This document shows positions 23,101-36,793 of a stretch of DNA of 64,000 bases, in pieces. Position numbers and translations under genes: made by a program. The notes below the pieces were generated by a model. The model ran no database searches, was not told where the DNA came from, and worked only from the letters and a program-made list of their open reading frames with translations. The stretch's first letter is position 1, and every line of letters starts with the position of its first letter. The stretch is from Lepidodermella squamata (lineage: Eukaryota; Animalia; Gastrotricha), in contig JBLDXI010000014.1 in the NCBI GenBank assembly GCA_047495785.1, positions 1-64,000 of the forward strand, written 5' to 3'.

Positions 23101-23772
23101 TATTCATGCAAGGTCGCGTTATCCGTTTTCCGCGTGCCAGATACCGATCTATTTTGGGCGATTGATCGCCTCGCATTAATAATGATGTCTCAACAAGTGT
23201 ATACGTCGCCGGTCGGGTCGTGGAGTAGCTTTGAGTTTTTGTTAGCGCATTTACGACGTGCCGTTCGCAAATGTTCACCCGATGCGTTCACAGCGTGTCT
23301 CCGTCACTTGATTGCCCTGCGTTGCGCGTCTTCGGTTTTGCCCCGCTGCGCAACTCTGGAACGCCCACTGTGCCAACAAATTACTAGCATCGCGTCGGTC
23401 CGGCAAAAGTTTAAACTGCGTCTAAATCTGCAATTATGATTTAATGGCATAAATGTATCTCCTGAAATCCGTTCTGCGATGTTTTCACTGCGCAATCTTT
23501 CCAGCCTCTTGTCACAGATTTTGTCAACTTACCACCAGGTTTCTTTGCGTTGAAGCGACGGCTGTTAAGCATGTGTTCACGTCAGTAATTGGCTGACGCT
23601 GATGTTGCGCCGCACCTTTTGCACTTCTCCATTTGATTAAATTTGATTAAAATTACGGTTTCACCTTTAGCTTTTATAACCAAAGCTGAGTGATTGGTTT
23701 TCAATTTTCATTCGCGGTTTATTATTTTCCTATATAGAATCGGCACATTTGAATTATTAAAAATACAAATAG

Positions 23773-26179
23773 ATGCCCACGTCCGTGATGCCTGACGCCA
23801 GTTCGCTGGCTCTTGGTTCTTCCACCGACACCGGCTTTTTGTCTCGAAATGCAAGTGAAAATAGCGACGACAGTGCGAATGGTTTACATCCGAACGAATC
23901 TAGTGGCAACGTTAAAACAAGTCCTGCGTCACTGATTGGAGATCAGCGCCACTTGATCGGTTCATCACCGCTTCGTTCGTCCTCGCCTATCGCGCAGTCG
24001 GCTGCTGTTGCCGCGGCTGCTGCCTGGGCAGTGCGTGATGTGCTCTTCCCGAGCGCCGGTACCAACACTGGCATCAACTCAGGCGTTGAATCTTCCAACA
24101 CGTTCTTTCCTCCAGTCTGCAGCGCCCCAACCGCCTCAGCATTCGCATCGCAGCACAACGCACCAGTCGCAAGCCTCGATGTTTTCACTGGTTCGGCTGC
24201 GAAACGAGAACGTCTTCAAGCGCCCGCCTTCGATACTGGTAGCCACATCACCGCCGGCAGCATGCCTTTTTTTGGAACAAACACGCACAGCCAAGCTCTG
24301 CATGGTCTGAACAATAACTCAACAGTTCTTGGTACCAATGCTTCGTCAACAGCTACGTTTCCCCCTGCGATGAACCTAGCAGCGTCAGTCGGTTTCGCAG
24401 CTGCTTATCACCGCACATCAGCAGAAGCGGTAATTTGACTTATTTTTTCATAATTAGCGAAATTGTTGCATACATTCAAAATTGCTGAAGGCGTTCATAT
24501 CTGGCTGTTTCATTAATTTACTTTTCGTTTTTCTTATTCCAGCTTTATCGCTTCGTGCAACAACAGCAGCAGAACGCTTATTCAAGTGTGGCGAGCTCTC
24601 ATCTGCTCGGTTCGACAGGCGCAAATCTGCTCAATTCAACGGGTTCATCATCGTCATCAACGAAGCAGGAGTTCATTTGCCAATGGCAAGATCGAGGTGA
24701 CCGGCGGCACATATGCGGTCGGCCATTTTACGGCTCCATGCAAGACCTTGTCACGCACATCACCATTGAACACGTCGGTGGCCCGGAACAACCTGATCAC
24801 ACGTGCTATTGGAATGACTGCTGTCGCAATTTTCGCCCGTTCAAGGCCAAGTACAAACTCGTCAATCACATCCGTGTCCATACGGGTGAGAAGCCGTTTC
24901 CATGCCCCTTTTCTGGTTGTGGAAAAGTGTTTGCTCGCTCCGAGAACCTGAAGATCCACAAGCGTACTCACACCGGTGAGCGCCCGTTCCTCTGTCCTTT
25001 CGAAGGGTGTGATCGGTACGTTCCTTACTTTTTTACTTTTTTACTTTTTTTTTACTTGCGAAAAGCTTCTGAAACCAAGTTTTTCTCTAAACCAACTGAT
25101 ACGTTGTCGGATTTAATTATTAATTTCTATTATGTTTTTTCAGCCGTTTCGCCAATTCCAGCGATCGCAAGAAACACTCTCATGTCCACACCAGTGACAA
25201 GCCCTACTACTGCCGGCAATGCGACAAGTGCTACACTCACCCGAGTTCGCTGCGCAAGCACATGAAGGTTCACTCCAAGTGCGAAGAGTCGGTTGTGTTA
25301 GCTTCAGACGAGGCTGAAAATTCGATCGATTCTGTAAGCTCGACTTCGTCCAACGAACAAACAGCAAGTGAATCGCAACAACGTCGGGCTGAACCTCTCA
25401 TGCCTGTCGGAGGCGCCATCTACGCCCCAATTGCAACAACTCATCTTGGTTCGCCAAATGGTGCGAGGAAACACATGCTTCTGTCGAGCAGTTCGAGTAC
25501 CAACAGTTCGCAGCACAACAAATCGACTTCGTCAGGTCTCGGGACTTCGTCCGGGTCCGACGCTGAACGCACACCACCCGATTTCGCGGCGCCACAGCTC
25601 GACAATTCGCCTCCATCGCCAAAACGAATGCGAACTACCGCCTACGGCAAGTCAGGTAACGGTGCTTCGCAGAACAGTGGCGCAACTGCTGCGGCTGTGC
25701 TTGCTGCGGCGGCGGCAAATTCTGCCTACAGTCAGTTCCAACCGTCCGGCTTCGATAATCGAACTTCGTTTAACACGTATCAGCCGGCGTCATGCGCAAA
25801 CCGTCGCATGCCAACAGCGCAACATACACCGTTTGTTCCACCCAACGGCCAGCCAGCGTTCTCGCTTGGAGTCAACCAACAGCAATATGCGAATCCGCTA
25901 GCTCTCTTCTGGCCCAGCTCCAACTCAACAGCGTACCCGTCTAACGGCTTCTCTAGCACTTACCTGCCTACCTCGCAGCAACAGCTTTTCCATCCATCTA
26001 CAACTGGTAACTATGGCCTAACAGCTGCAGGTCGTGTTTCCAACGGCTTCGCTTCACAGCCGCAACTTCCGACTTCGACAAATTTTCAGCCGCAAAGTGA
26101 GCCTGCCTACAACTATGGCGCGAACTTCTTATTTCCCGATTTGCACGCCTCGGTAGCCAATGGCACATCATCCATGTAA
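23773..26179 (+). CDS. Zic: Zic/odd-paired C2H2 zinc-finger transcription factor, 3 exons, ~721 aa
   Basis: [57 protein letters not shown]. Exons 23773-24429, 24543-25015, 25144-26179. Confidence 0.97.
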
Positions 26180-28555
26180 AGACATTGCTATTTGTATAAA
26201 CTTGCTTATTTTTTCCACCATCGCTCTTTTTACGACTTCGAATTCGACTTTTTGTTAAGATTTCTCTCTTGGGTAAATTTGTTGTGTTTCCGATATCCGC
26301 AATTTATTCTTTCTTCTTTCGCATGCGCTCCCGAAGCGCAGGAGAATTCTTGGAATCTGAGAATCTTGGAAATATTCGAGATTGTAGAAATCCGTGAGCG
26401 CAGGTAAAAGACCAAAGAATAACGAAGAATCGCTTGCTGACATGATATAATATATCAATCAAATAGGCTGACGCATTTTTTAATTTTCACGCTATTTATG
26501 TATAATATTCCTTCGCTTTTCTTCTTCGCTGATGTAAAACCTGCTGCACTCTTCGCTGCTGTAAAATACCTGAAGCCTGACTTATTGAACACAGGCCACC
26601 TTCTAACTGCTGTTGTAAATTCTGTGACAGAAAAGTCGCATTTATTAAATTGTATTATAAAATCGTGATTCGCGTGAAGATTGCACAAATATATTATTAC
26701 TTGAAACGATTAGTTTTGTTGGAAATTAGGTTGAAATAAAACTCATCATAAACATCAATCATCTCCGGTCGTTTTATTATAAAGCAGATAGACAATTTGT
26801 AAGAACTGTTAAAGAATGAACAGCCACGTAAAAATTGATAGCGTGAGCGATACCAGTTTGCCACTTGGTTTCGGCGGCGACTCGGCTCGTAAGGCGCAAG
26901 CGTTCATCGGTCCACACTAGAAAAGGCGTACAGATAGTCATAATTTGTTCCCGATAGAGGCACTATGGCTACAATTATCTCAACCATTTCAAATGTTGAA
27001 TATGTCGAAAATTAATATTCAGTGAATCGTTCACCTTTTAAGCCCTTAAGTTACATGGCCCCGAACTTCAGGAACCTATAACCAACAATAGCCTGGTCCT
27101 CTTATAAACAGTTTCATATCAGGGGGGAGGGGGGATTTCATTTCTCTATGGCTAGCTATAGAATAATCCTTTATTTCCGTGCGTTCATTCTAGTGGGATA
27201 TTCAACTCCAGGCTGGAAATGATCACGAAGCTCAGCGGCACAGATGTAAATCACTAGCGTTTCAGAATAGGTAAGTCAAACAGTTGTTAAAACGCAGTGA
27301 TGGGGAATAGAACCCACTAAATGCTGATTCGTTCCACGGGCTTGTGCCGTCAATTAAACTGCCCATTTGGCGAGAAACTGACGAAATGTTTGCGCATTGT
27401 TTGCGCATTGCGGTAAAATAATTACCACCAATGGAGACTAAAAACGAAACGCTGGCGAAATTTCAAGATGTAACATTTTGCACTAAATAGAAGATATGTT
27501 AGAATGAAATTACCTGTAATCCGACGCAATTGCCACACGAAACCAGCTTAAGATAAAAAAATTCAATAGAAGATGAAAGTCGAAGGCGATTGCACTCACC
27601 GAACAATGTGTCCTGAAGACAGAAATATGTTTGTAAACAAATTTTTCGCGAAAAAAGTATATCTAACCTGTGCGACGGAAGGCAATGTTGAGCGCACCGC
27701 TGAGTTATCTGTGGGAAACTCCCTGATACCGTAATCTGCAAGGCATGCGGTAAAAATGCTATTTATTGAGTAAATCAGAAAGGCAACCTCGCAGTATCGA
27801 TCCAAGTTGTTGCACACGGTGATATATATATTTCGTTCGCACGTGTCTCGAGAACCTGGATTAAATCTCTAGTACATCACTTTCAACAAGAATTGGAAAT
27901 ACGCAGCTAACCTTGGCACTCGTAGCAACGCAGAACGGCGAATGTAGGGCTAAAAAACAAGCACACTATTGCCAAGCCGACGATGAAGCGGTCGATGGAG
28001 AACAGAAACCAGCAATAACGTTTTAATATAAACCAAGTCATTGTTAGAACACGAATTTGTTGCAGGTGAAAATATTTAGTACCTGTGTCACGGTAATTCC
28101 GTGACATCCGCCTGTCGCCTCTTTCGATCAAATTGTGCAATCGCACTATAACAGATCACTGCGCACGCAAACTACGGCGGATCCAAACGGACCAAAATTC
28201 AAGGTGAAAGAAGAGAGAATAAAGAAACTAATACAGCCGGTATTATGCGCTGGATTCTTTCATCGTTCTTCCTCTTCCCTCTATTCTTCCTTTCTTCCAC
28301 TTCTTCGTCTTCCAATACTTATCTGTCTTCCAGATTGCGCTCTTCCATTTCTTCCCTTTTATAGACGAATTCGTGAGTCACTGACGAGCCAATCATAATT
28401 CGACAAATTTCAATTTGAAAATTATTAAGGCGCATTTTTTATTTTGTTGCTGCGCAGAAAGCGATTTTATTGTCGCACACACATAAAAATGCGTGCACCT
28501 ATTTTGTGCGTGTGTGTTTGTGTGTTTGAAACGCAAAATGCAGTGAATGACTACT

Positions 28556-28645
28556 CAGAGGTTCTCAAACCCTGGCACGCGTGCCAATCGTGGCACTCAA
28601 AGAAAATTGATCGGCATGCGTGCCAAAACTGGCACGCGGAGGGTT
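28556..28645. mobile_element. hAT-like terminus remnant
   Basis: CAGAGGTTCTCAAAC followed by TGGCACGCGTGCCA palindromes; no partner end found. Confidence 0.4.
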
Positions 28646-29226
28646 TTGGCTCCAGAAGCTAAAAACAACAGAAAGAATATAGAAAGCCACTGGTTTTTTA
28701 TTAAAATTCATCTGCTTTCCTCCTTCAATAAGCTCTTTGTCGTTGCAAATTTCGTCTTCCATCACTGAAAGCATTCTACCATAACAGTTAATGGAAGAGG
28801 ATTATACCAATTAAAAACTGCTTTAATTTAAAAAAAGTGATAATTGCAGTGGCATTATAATGATATTATTTCAATATAAAAATTATGCAACATTTTCATT
28901 CTCATCCAAAGAAGTGCGCTCTGCTAATGGACGAAGATGAAGTGATAATTAGAATAGCCTGTATCCACAGGCCACAGATTCGTTAGGCTGAAATAATCAA
29001 TATGACCATGTCATGAGACGTAGCTACGTCTCATGGACCAAGTAGCTGTTTCACCAACATTTATAACATATTTCCACAAGCGACAATCAACGCAGAAACT
29101 TAGAAATTTGTTAGCACAAAACTAATCTTATATTACGTAAATCTGGAGCAAATCCATGACAGACATTGAGGGATACCAGATTTGCGCATTTAGTTACCTA
29201 CTTGGCAGAAGTTGCTTGAATTTATT

Positions 29227-31470
29227 TCAATTGCAAACAGCATCATCGACAACAGTTTCGCATTCTTGACACTGGACTTTACAGCACCACACAAATTTGC
29301 AGTTGCACTTGCTCAGCGTTTTGCGTCGGATAATCGAAAAGTCGCGACCGCAGCACATGACGTCGCAGCTATCGATACCCTTGCTCGTCTGATTGCACGA
29401 TCGACCATGAGTCTGAGAAGAAAGAATGACAATTATTGCGTCAATTGCGTTATTTCATATCGTATCAATCGGCAAAGACCAAACTAAAACATAAAATTAG
29501 GGCTGGAAAGCTCAGGAAACCTAAAAGGTCCTGAACCTTATATAGATCGAACTTATGAAAATAAGGAAAGACTACCTACTGAGTTTACCAGCAAATTTGA
29601 CAAGTCCAAGTTATCTCAGCCTCCTATGTGAGATATGATTCTTATTCAGTTTTAAAAGCAGAATATTACGGCCGGAAAATTACGAATATTACGTAACCGG
29701 AAAGCCGCTCAAGTACGAATATAACGACCCATTATTACTATTTTCCATATTTAATAGGCATTGCTTAAACTTAAAAGGAAGACCCCGGTTGTCCCATCTA
29801 TTTGTTATCGACGAACATATTCTTTTCATATTCTTTTGGCAATTTACATCGAAACAAGATCAAAGTGTAAGATAAAGTGGCATCCTAATGGTCGTTACGT
29901 TGTTGAATAAAAACGTACGCCCAGAGCACCAAGCTTTGAGTCGGGTTCGCAAAAATCCGGAGAAGGAGCGACGTAAACCAAATCACTGCTGGTGTGCCGT
30001 TTCATCTGGACGTTTTTCGGCTCGAGAACAAAGTTTTTCCCTTCTTGTCGAAGCCTTCCAACCTGTGTGTTGAGCAGAAATAAAAATAGAAATTTAAACG
30101 GTCATACTGCTGATAAATCAACCTCGGTTGCCCCGTCGAATTTTTCCTTGATAACATCGCCAATAGTTCGAAAAGGTGCAATAGATTTCCAGCAGGTCTT
30201 CATTTCACAGCTCCCAGAAACGCCATGACATTTACAGTTCATTTGCAAAGTGTCACTCAGAGTCTGAATATTTTTGGTAAATTCAGCGATAATCATTCGA
30301 ATTCTTCGAATCCAATCATCATCTAAAAGCACTTACCTTCCGACCAGCTTCGTGATTATGCAAATTCATTAAAATTCGCTTTATTGCCTGGTCCTTTACT
30401 GCTGATGGCTCATGATGATTCAGATTCGACTGGGATGTCTCGACTAGAAGGACATTTCGAGAGCGATACAAATTTCGCTTTTTAACACGATCTTGCGCAT
30501 CGACAAATTCACGACTAAAGCACACGTCAATATCAGCCATCAACGCTCGTCTTAATAGTCATTGAACCTACCTTGCATGGCTACCAAAGTCAATATTATC
30601 GCTGCAACCTGCCCATACGAAGCCTCCTTCGGTTGATTGGCCGCGCAGTGTCTGATCACAGGAGCAATGCTCGGACAAAATACCCTTGGAGCAAGCTGTT
30701 GTGATCGCATGGGCAACTATGAATCAAATAAGATTGTCAAACGAGGCGTTTCATGTTGTATGTTGGATCCGTGTTGAACAAACCTGATGCAGCAGCAAGG
30801 GCATGCAAAAACGCAGCTTCACGCGTTCCTTAACATAAATTAGTGCAGATGAACAATTTTTTGAAATCGATAAATCCTAAATCGATCCAATTTAGATTTC
30901 TAAAGAAGTAGAATCCGCTCTGGGAGCGGATGGCGAAAGAATAAAGAATGAAGGAAATACCTTGATTAAGAATGGTACTCATCATTTTTCGCTGAACTGG
31001 ATCTGTCATTGAGCAATTCCATCGTCTATCTCTAAATTGGTGCTTGAAAAATCATTCACATACAGCTGAGAGATTGAACAAACGCAACAAGTGACTCACT
31101 TGACACTCGCTAATAGCCATTCTGGCACCGAAAATAATGAAAGGCATCAAGTCAGGAGAATTGAGGCATAATTGGCGTTGCTTTTTTGATAAGCCGTCCA
31201 GTTTATTGCAGTCGACAATAGCTGGTGTTGGCAACTGGTCTTCGTACGTCGCATTGTTGTCGATTTGAGGCAGTAATAATTTGTTCGAGCTATCGAATGC
31301 AGCAAGCGATCTTATATCGGAAATAAATCACCAGGATGAGCTAATGGTCACTGGGTAAAATCATTCCGCTGAACTTACAGCCATTTCAGCGAGTTTGTTG
31401 ATGGCGAACCTTGAGCGATATTATAAGCGCTTAGGATCCACGCTATGAGCAGCGAATGAGCTCGCGTCAT
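29227..31470 (-). CDS. WNT4: Wnt ligand, Wnt4 subfamily, 9 exons, ~412 aa
   Basis: [62 protein letters not shown]. Exons 31470-31379, 31310-31100, 31042-30961, 30828-30784, 30716-30572, 30514-30337, 30263-30108, 30062-29919, 29412-29227. Confidence 0.92.
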
Positions 31471-32704
31471 ACGTTAGGCGGCAGTCTATACGTAAGCGGG
31501 AAGCCAACTTGATTGGCGATGCGTTCAATAATATAGCAACAGCGTCTAAAATTGAAAATCAAAATAACCAAGAAGCATCCGAATGAAGATGAAATGATAA
31601 AGAATCACGCAAATCAACTATTCAGTTTTGATAGAGGAATGTTTTCCAGATAATTTTCAGTATATTATCTCGGTATTTCCTACTCGAAAAATTATCACCA
31701 GCCAGGCAGAGTTATTTTATGTTCGATAGTCACAGGTTTGATATTTTATGGACTGGCAAGTAGCGAGCGGCAGGGCTGCGTAATAGATTAGTAGCTGTGG
31801 TCAGTCAGTCAGGCAAGTCAAGCTTCAGTGAAAAGCATAGCAACTGCACGCAAGCAAGCAGGCGTATATGCGCGCGCACAGCGCCCGGCTATGGATCACG
31901 AGGAACCGTCGGCGGCAGCACCAGCATCAGTACCACCTATCACCATACCAACTGGGCGGCCAGCCGAGCACTTGAGCTATTACATGCCTGGCCATGCGAT
32001 ATCGATACGTCTGTGAGGCGCGCAGCGCAGGCAACAGTTTATGCGGCCAAATTGCAGATTATGCGCTCGTGTTTGATAGCTGGGGATGGTTGACGCCGAG
32101 AGCGCGCCGCCCTTCCTCTTTTATAGATATCAAACTGGTGTTTGTGTGTGCGTGTGTGTTCGGTTACGCCAATGCACATAACGTTGCAACCTTTAGCGAT
32201 GAAATGTTATCATCGCTACATTTATTTAGAGTAGAAGTGACTTGAAGGACCGCAACAAGCACCGGAAAGAATGTCTTTGTTCATGATGTCACTGTCCTTC
32301 ATGCCCTATACGGATGTTTGAAGATAACAATTTCGTGAAATTCTTTTTCTTCCTCGACCGTCTCTTATTCTTCCTATTTCCCATTCTTCCCTTCACTTCT
32401 CTTCTGTTCTCTTTCAGTCCTTCCTTTCTTCCTTTTTGTAGAAAATTCGTGGCGTTTTGAGTAGACGCTAGCATATCAGCTTTCGACAAATTAAATTTTT
32501 AAAATTGTTTACGCATTTTTTTTCATTTTACATCAATGTTATTTCTAGCAACCTGGCATCGTTATCAAATCAAGGCGCAAGTTTACTGCTGTTGTTGCTG
32601 TTACAAGGTAGTAGCATTCACGATTCAGTGCGCCGCATAAAGACTCCCCCCGTATGACAGTGAACCTCTTCCGGGACTAAATGAATGAGTTATGACTGGG
32701 TAGG

Positions 32705-33350
32705 CTACCGTTGGATAGCGGCCCTCATTCGAAAAAACCTGGTGCTCAAAAACTCGGAAACGAAAACGGCGAGAGGATGGCTGAGTTTGCCAGATTCAGA
32801 TTCTGGATGAAAGCAGAGTTTTGTCGAAAGCCGCTGATGAATTCGATGAGCAAGGAAATGCAGCAAACGATCTCGCGTGGATCGGATGTTTGCCATTCTG
32901 TTGTTGATGTTGCTAAAGTTGCTTCTCACGGCGTACTACTTTGACACTTGGACATTCAACATCTGATATCCACTCTGGTTCAACTAGGCTATTGACAAAG
33001 ACGTGAAATGGCGGAAATTGTTGGGTTCGAGCAGCCGTTTGCTTTGACGAAGCCGACTGCGACTTTCGACGGCGAGTGTTCTGCCAAAGTGTATCGTCTG
33101 GATCGTCTTCGTCGTCATCCTCAATGGGACGATGGCATAGCTGATGCCGTAGCCAAATACTGTACGAGTGATTGACCAATTTGGAAAGACGAGGAAGTCT
33201 GACACCACTGAAAATTTCGTTTTCTTCCAGGGGCATCGGACCGTTGATTGTGTATTCGGGCCCATGTCCAGCCAGCTGAGAGAGCGAAAGAAGGGAAAGT
33301 ACAAAGAAATTTTCGGCGATCGATGATACTGCATGCTTCGGCTCAAACAT
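32705..33350 (-). CDS. Possible small gene of unknown function
   Basis: 145-aa ORF with an internal polypyrimidine/CAG acceptor (~33277) and an overlapping downstream ORF; no motif recognised. Confidence 0.3.
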
Positions 33351-33739
33351 TTTACGAACTTAATGGCTGATTTTTACTGCGAGACATACTTCAGTTGAAG
33401 AATGACGGAGGTCGACTCAGATTCAAAAATCCTGTCTCTTTGTGTTTCAGTAATTTCAATAATTGCGTGCAGGTAAATAGAGAGATCGAAAGAAATGGAA
33501 ACAACATGAAATTTTTACTCGTGAACGTTTCGCGGATGTCTACACAGTATTACAAATTGATCAAGCACTTATGAAATTGTCACAATAGTACCGTCATTCA
33601 TTGACTGACGTGCTCACATGAGATTTCTTCCATCAAGATTATTCGAAGTTTCAAAATCTATTATAGATCAGAAAACTCGCAAGATTATTGAATATTTGGA
33701 AAAATAGCAATGTAGCTTTGAATGTTATAGTGTAATATT

Positions 33740-35821
33740 TTAGCGCCCATTTGCAGCAGCGAAAAGATTTTTAGCATCCCAGATTTTGACTGATCGATCC
33801 CGCCCGACGGTTAGCAATTGCTGCTTGACAGGCCTAACATCGATACCGATGACAGCATGCCCTGTTGAGAAAGGGCGAGTGGAACAAAGCGGCCCAATTT
33901 CGTCTCTGCCTATTTCCTTTGCGCATTTCGAACACTAAAAAATATAAAAAATGAAAGGGTATTACAACTTGAAGTTTGAAGCTTACCACTCGAACTGGCA
34001 ATTCGAAACCGTAAATAGGCAGTACAGACGTTGAACTGGAACAGTTGCCGCAAATCTAAAACAACATAAACAAGTTTAGCCTGGATAACATCAACTGAAA
34101 ACTACTGTAGAAGGCTGCACATAATTCAACCGAAGTGCAACATTTGCATGATTTGCACCACGCGACCCATATTCAAAATATAAGCCAAGCAAGTGAAATA
34201 AAGCCAGCTGACCATGTAATTTATGCCCAATTCGGATCTTGCATTTATTTGGGGTTCGGAGGAAATCGGAATGGGGTAAAATAAATGAAAACTTTTCGTT
34301 AGGTAAACTTTGGAACAGCCCAACTGATGCAAAAGCGACGCGTTCAATCCGAGATATTCCGTTACTGAAAAAATCTTAGGTAAACAAAACCCCGAATTCG
34401 TCTTTTCTATGCGTTGCTTTGGCCATAATAACGTGTTACTTCTGATTTTTACAGAATTATTACTCTGGACAGAGCGCGTTACTTTTACTACAGTGTGGGA
34501 GGAAGGAGCCAAGGGTGCATAAAATGCCCTGTTGGAGAATCCGCGATTAATCCTCAGAACCATCATTAGTTTTTAACCAAGTATTTCAGCATTTTTCTTT
34601 AGCTTTTGCGCATGTATCTGCTTAAATTAATACTTAATTCATATGAAAATGAATAGAAACTCACTGCTTGTCCGCATCGCCTGCAGTGATGCTGCCGAGC
34701 AATTGGTAAAGAAGATGACGAGGGAGAGACGGTCGATGATGCCATATGGGGCAGTTCAGTAGTTTCGCCAAATCGCACGTTCGATGAAGAGCTGCCCTGA
34801 TCAACAGAAACCGACCTTGGAAATTTTTGAAACCACGCCGCTTTGACATTGCTTGCAATCGCTTTCACGTTCCAGAAAAATGGAGTGTTGCATAACATGC
34901 AATAGTCTGATTCCATCCATTTGGGCACAGATCTACGCTTTTTTAGCGTTTCCTTGTCCATTCGCCACGCCAATAATGCACCATCATCCCCGCATGTAAT
35001 CAAGAGACGATTTTTGTCGCTACCAATAAGCGCCAAAGCATTAACGGACGATTGGTGAGCTCGAAGCTCGAAAACTTCGCCATTTCCTCCTCCGAAATCC
35101 CAGCAGCAAACTAAACCGTCAGAACTTGAAGAAAACAGCCATTGAGTGGGCGGATGCCAAAGTAGGCGGGTTATACAGCCGCTATGTCTTTGAACACGTT
35201 TCACGATCGAAAGAGAATTCTGAACGCTCGAGGCTGCAAGCATGGTGACATGACCAGATAATTCTCCGATAAAGACGAATTTAGCAAATTCGTCGATTTG
35301 GACGCACATACCCCAAGAGCCAATTTTGACCGAAGACAACAATACTCCGCTTTGCAAGCAATGTTGCATTACTTGTGGACTAGATCCGCATGAGAAGAGC
35401 CAATCATTAGCTGGCGAAAAACAAACCGCACGAATTCTCCCTATCTGGCCTGTCAAAACCAGCAGATAAATTGAATGACATTAATTCTGCTACAAAAATC
35501 ACCTAAATAATCGCGGCGATGTGAAAGACGGTTATAGTCATCGGAGAGGATGTATTCTTGAATAAGTCCGTTAGCCAAACCGATGAACAGCTTTCGGCTA
35601 TCATTGTCAAATGCCATGCAAAGCACACTGTCGGCCATATAATCACAGATGGTTGGCCAAAAGTGACCGCCATCTCGCTTCAACAATACGCGAACGGTCC
35701 GATCCCCGGAAATAGTTATAATGCCTTCTTCGTTTTGAAGGATCGCTGCAGCATGTATGATATCCTCAAATTTGTCAATCTTCGATATGAGACTTAAATT
35801 TGTGTCCAAGTCACTCATCAT
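33740..35821 (-). CDS. WDFY2: WD repeat and FYVE domain-containing protein (WDFY1/2), 4 exons, ~455 aa
   Basis: DRTVRVLLKRDGGHFWP, LSDDYNR, WMESDYC..C..PFFWN, RQHHCRRCG, GFELPVRVC. Exons 35821-35503, 35449-34665, 34055-33987, 33934-33740. Confidence 0.93.
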
Positions 35822-36189
35822 TGATTTTATATACTATAAATAAAAATAAAAATGGATCAATATCATAGCTATCTAATTATATCACACTGTACAATGAAGT
35901 TGGGTCCACCGTAAATCAAGCTGGCCACAGCTGGCAATCAGGTCAAACAATGAAAAACCGCCAAAACAAAAGGTCAGACCTCGCTAACGGCAGTGAAATG
36001 GCGTCCTCGATGGCCTGGGCACATGTTGCGGATCACGGTCGTTGAACAATGAGAGAGAATTGGCGGGCCTCGGCATGGTCTGAGTCAAAGCAAAGCGGAA
36101 AGAGGCGCAAGCAAAACGTCAGTGGTGGAGGGCAGAGTCTAACAGGATGGGGGAAGGGGCAAGCATAAAAAGATCAAATTATTGCAATA

Positions 36190-36631
36190 TACCGTATATA
36201 CCGAAATATTAGGCAACACCGAATTATAGGGCAGAACCGGATTTTAAGGCAGAGGTTAGAGGTCGAATAATAAAATATAAGGCATCACCGAATTATAAGG
36301 CACATGCCCTCAAATGCGAACGCGAGTGTAATCCACTCGGCAGGTAATCTCTTGGGTAAGCTGTCGCCGGAATGGACCGCAAGCACCTCGGGGTTCGGGG
36401 TGCGGGGCGTAAACGATGACATGACGCTCTGCGCGTGGGTTCTGGCTGGGAGGGGATTACGCCGACGTGTCCCGCGATGAAATGATGGCTAACTAACCCA
36501 TGAAATGAGTTCGTTTTGCCAATCTGTGAAATATAAGGCAGACCCGAAATAAAAGGCAGACCCGGAATTTAAGGCAGGACTTGAACGGCTTACAAAAAAA
36601 TTATAAGGCAGTGTAAACTAATTCGGTATAT
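36190..36631. mobile_element. Tc1/mariner-pogo-like MITE (TACCGTA terminus, subterminal direct repeats)
   Basis: Repeated CCGAA.TATAAGGCA at both ends; right end ATTCGGTATAT incomplete; a related terminus lies at ~55773. Confidence 0.65.
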
Positions 36632-36793
36632 CCATCAGCAACCGCTTCATGCTGATGATGTATGAAGACGGCTTTCCAAACCAGTTCAGGGTTTCGCCGC
36701 TTCCAGAACAGACAAACAGAGTCTTTAGGCAAGGCTTTATAACCCTCAAAGCTTCAAAAACCGCTGTCATTCAGCAATAACCTTTCCGCAACT

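Noticed and set aside
28381-28410. Other CTGANGA hits (also ~4370 minus, ~5890, ~12305)
   Set aside because: No stem II plus GAAA, so not hammerheads.
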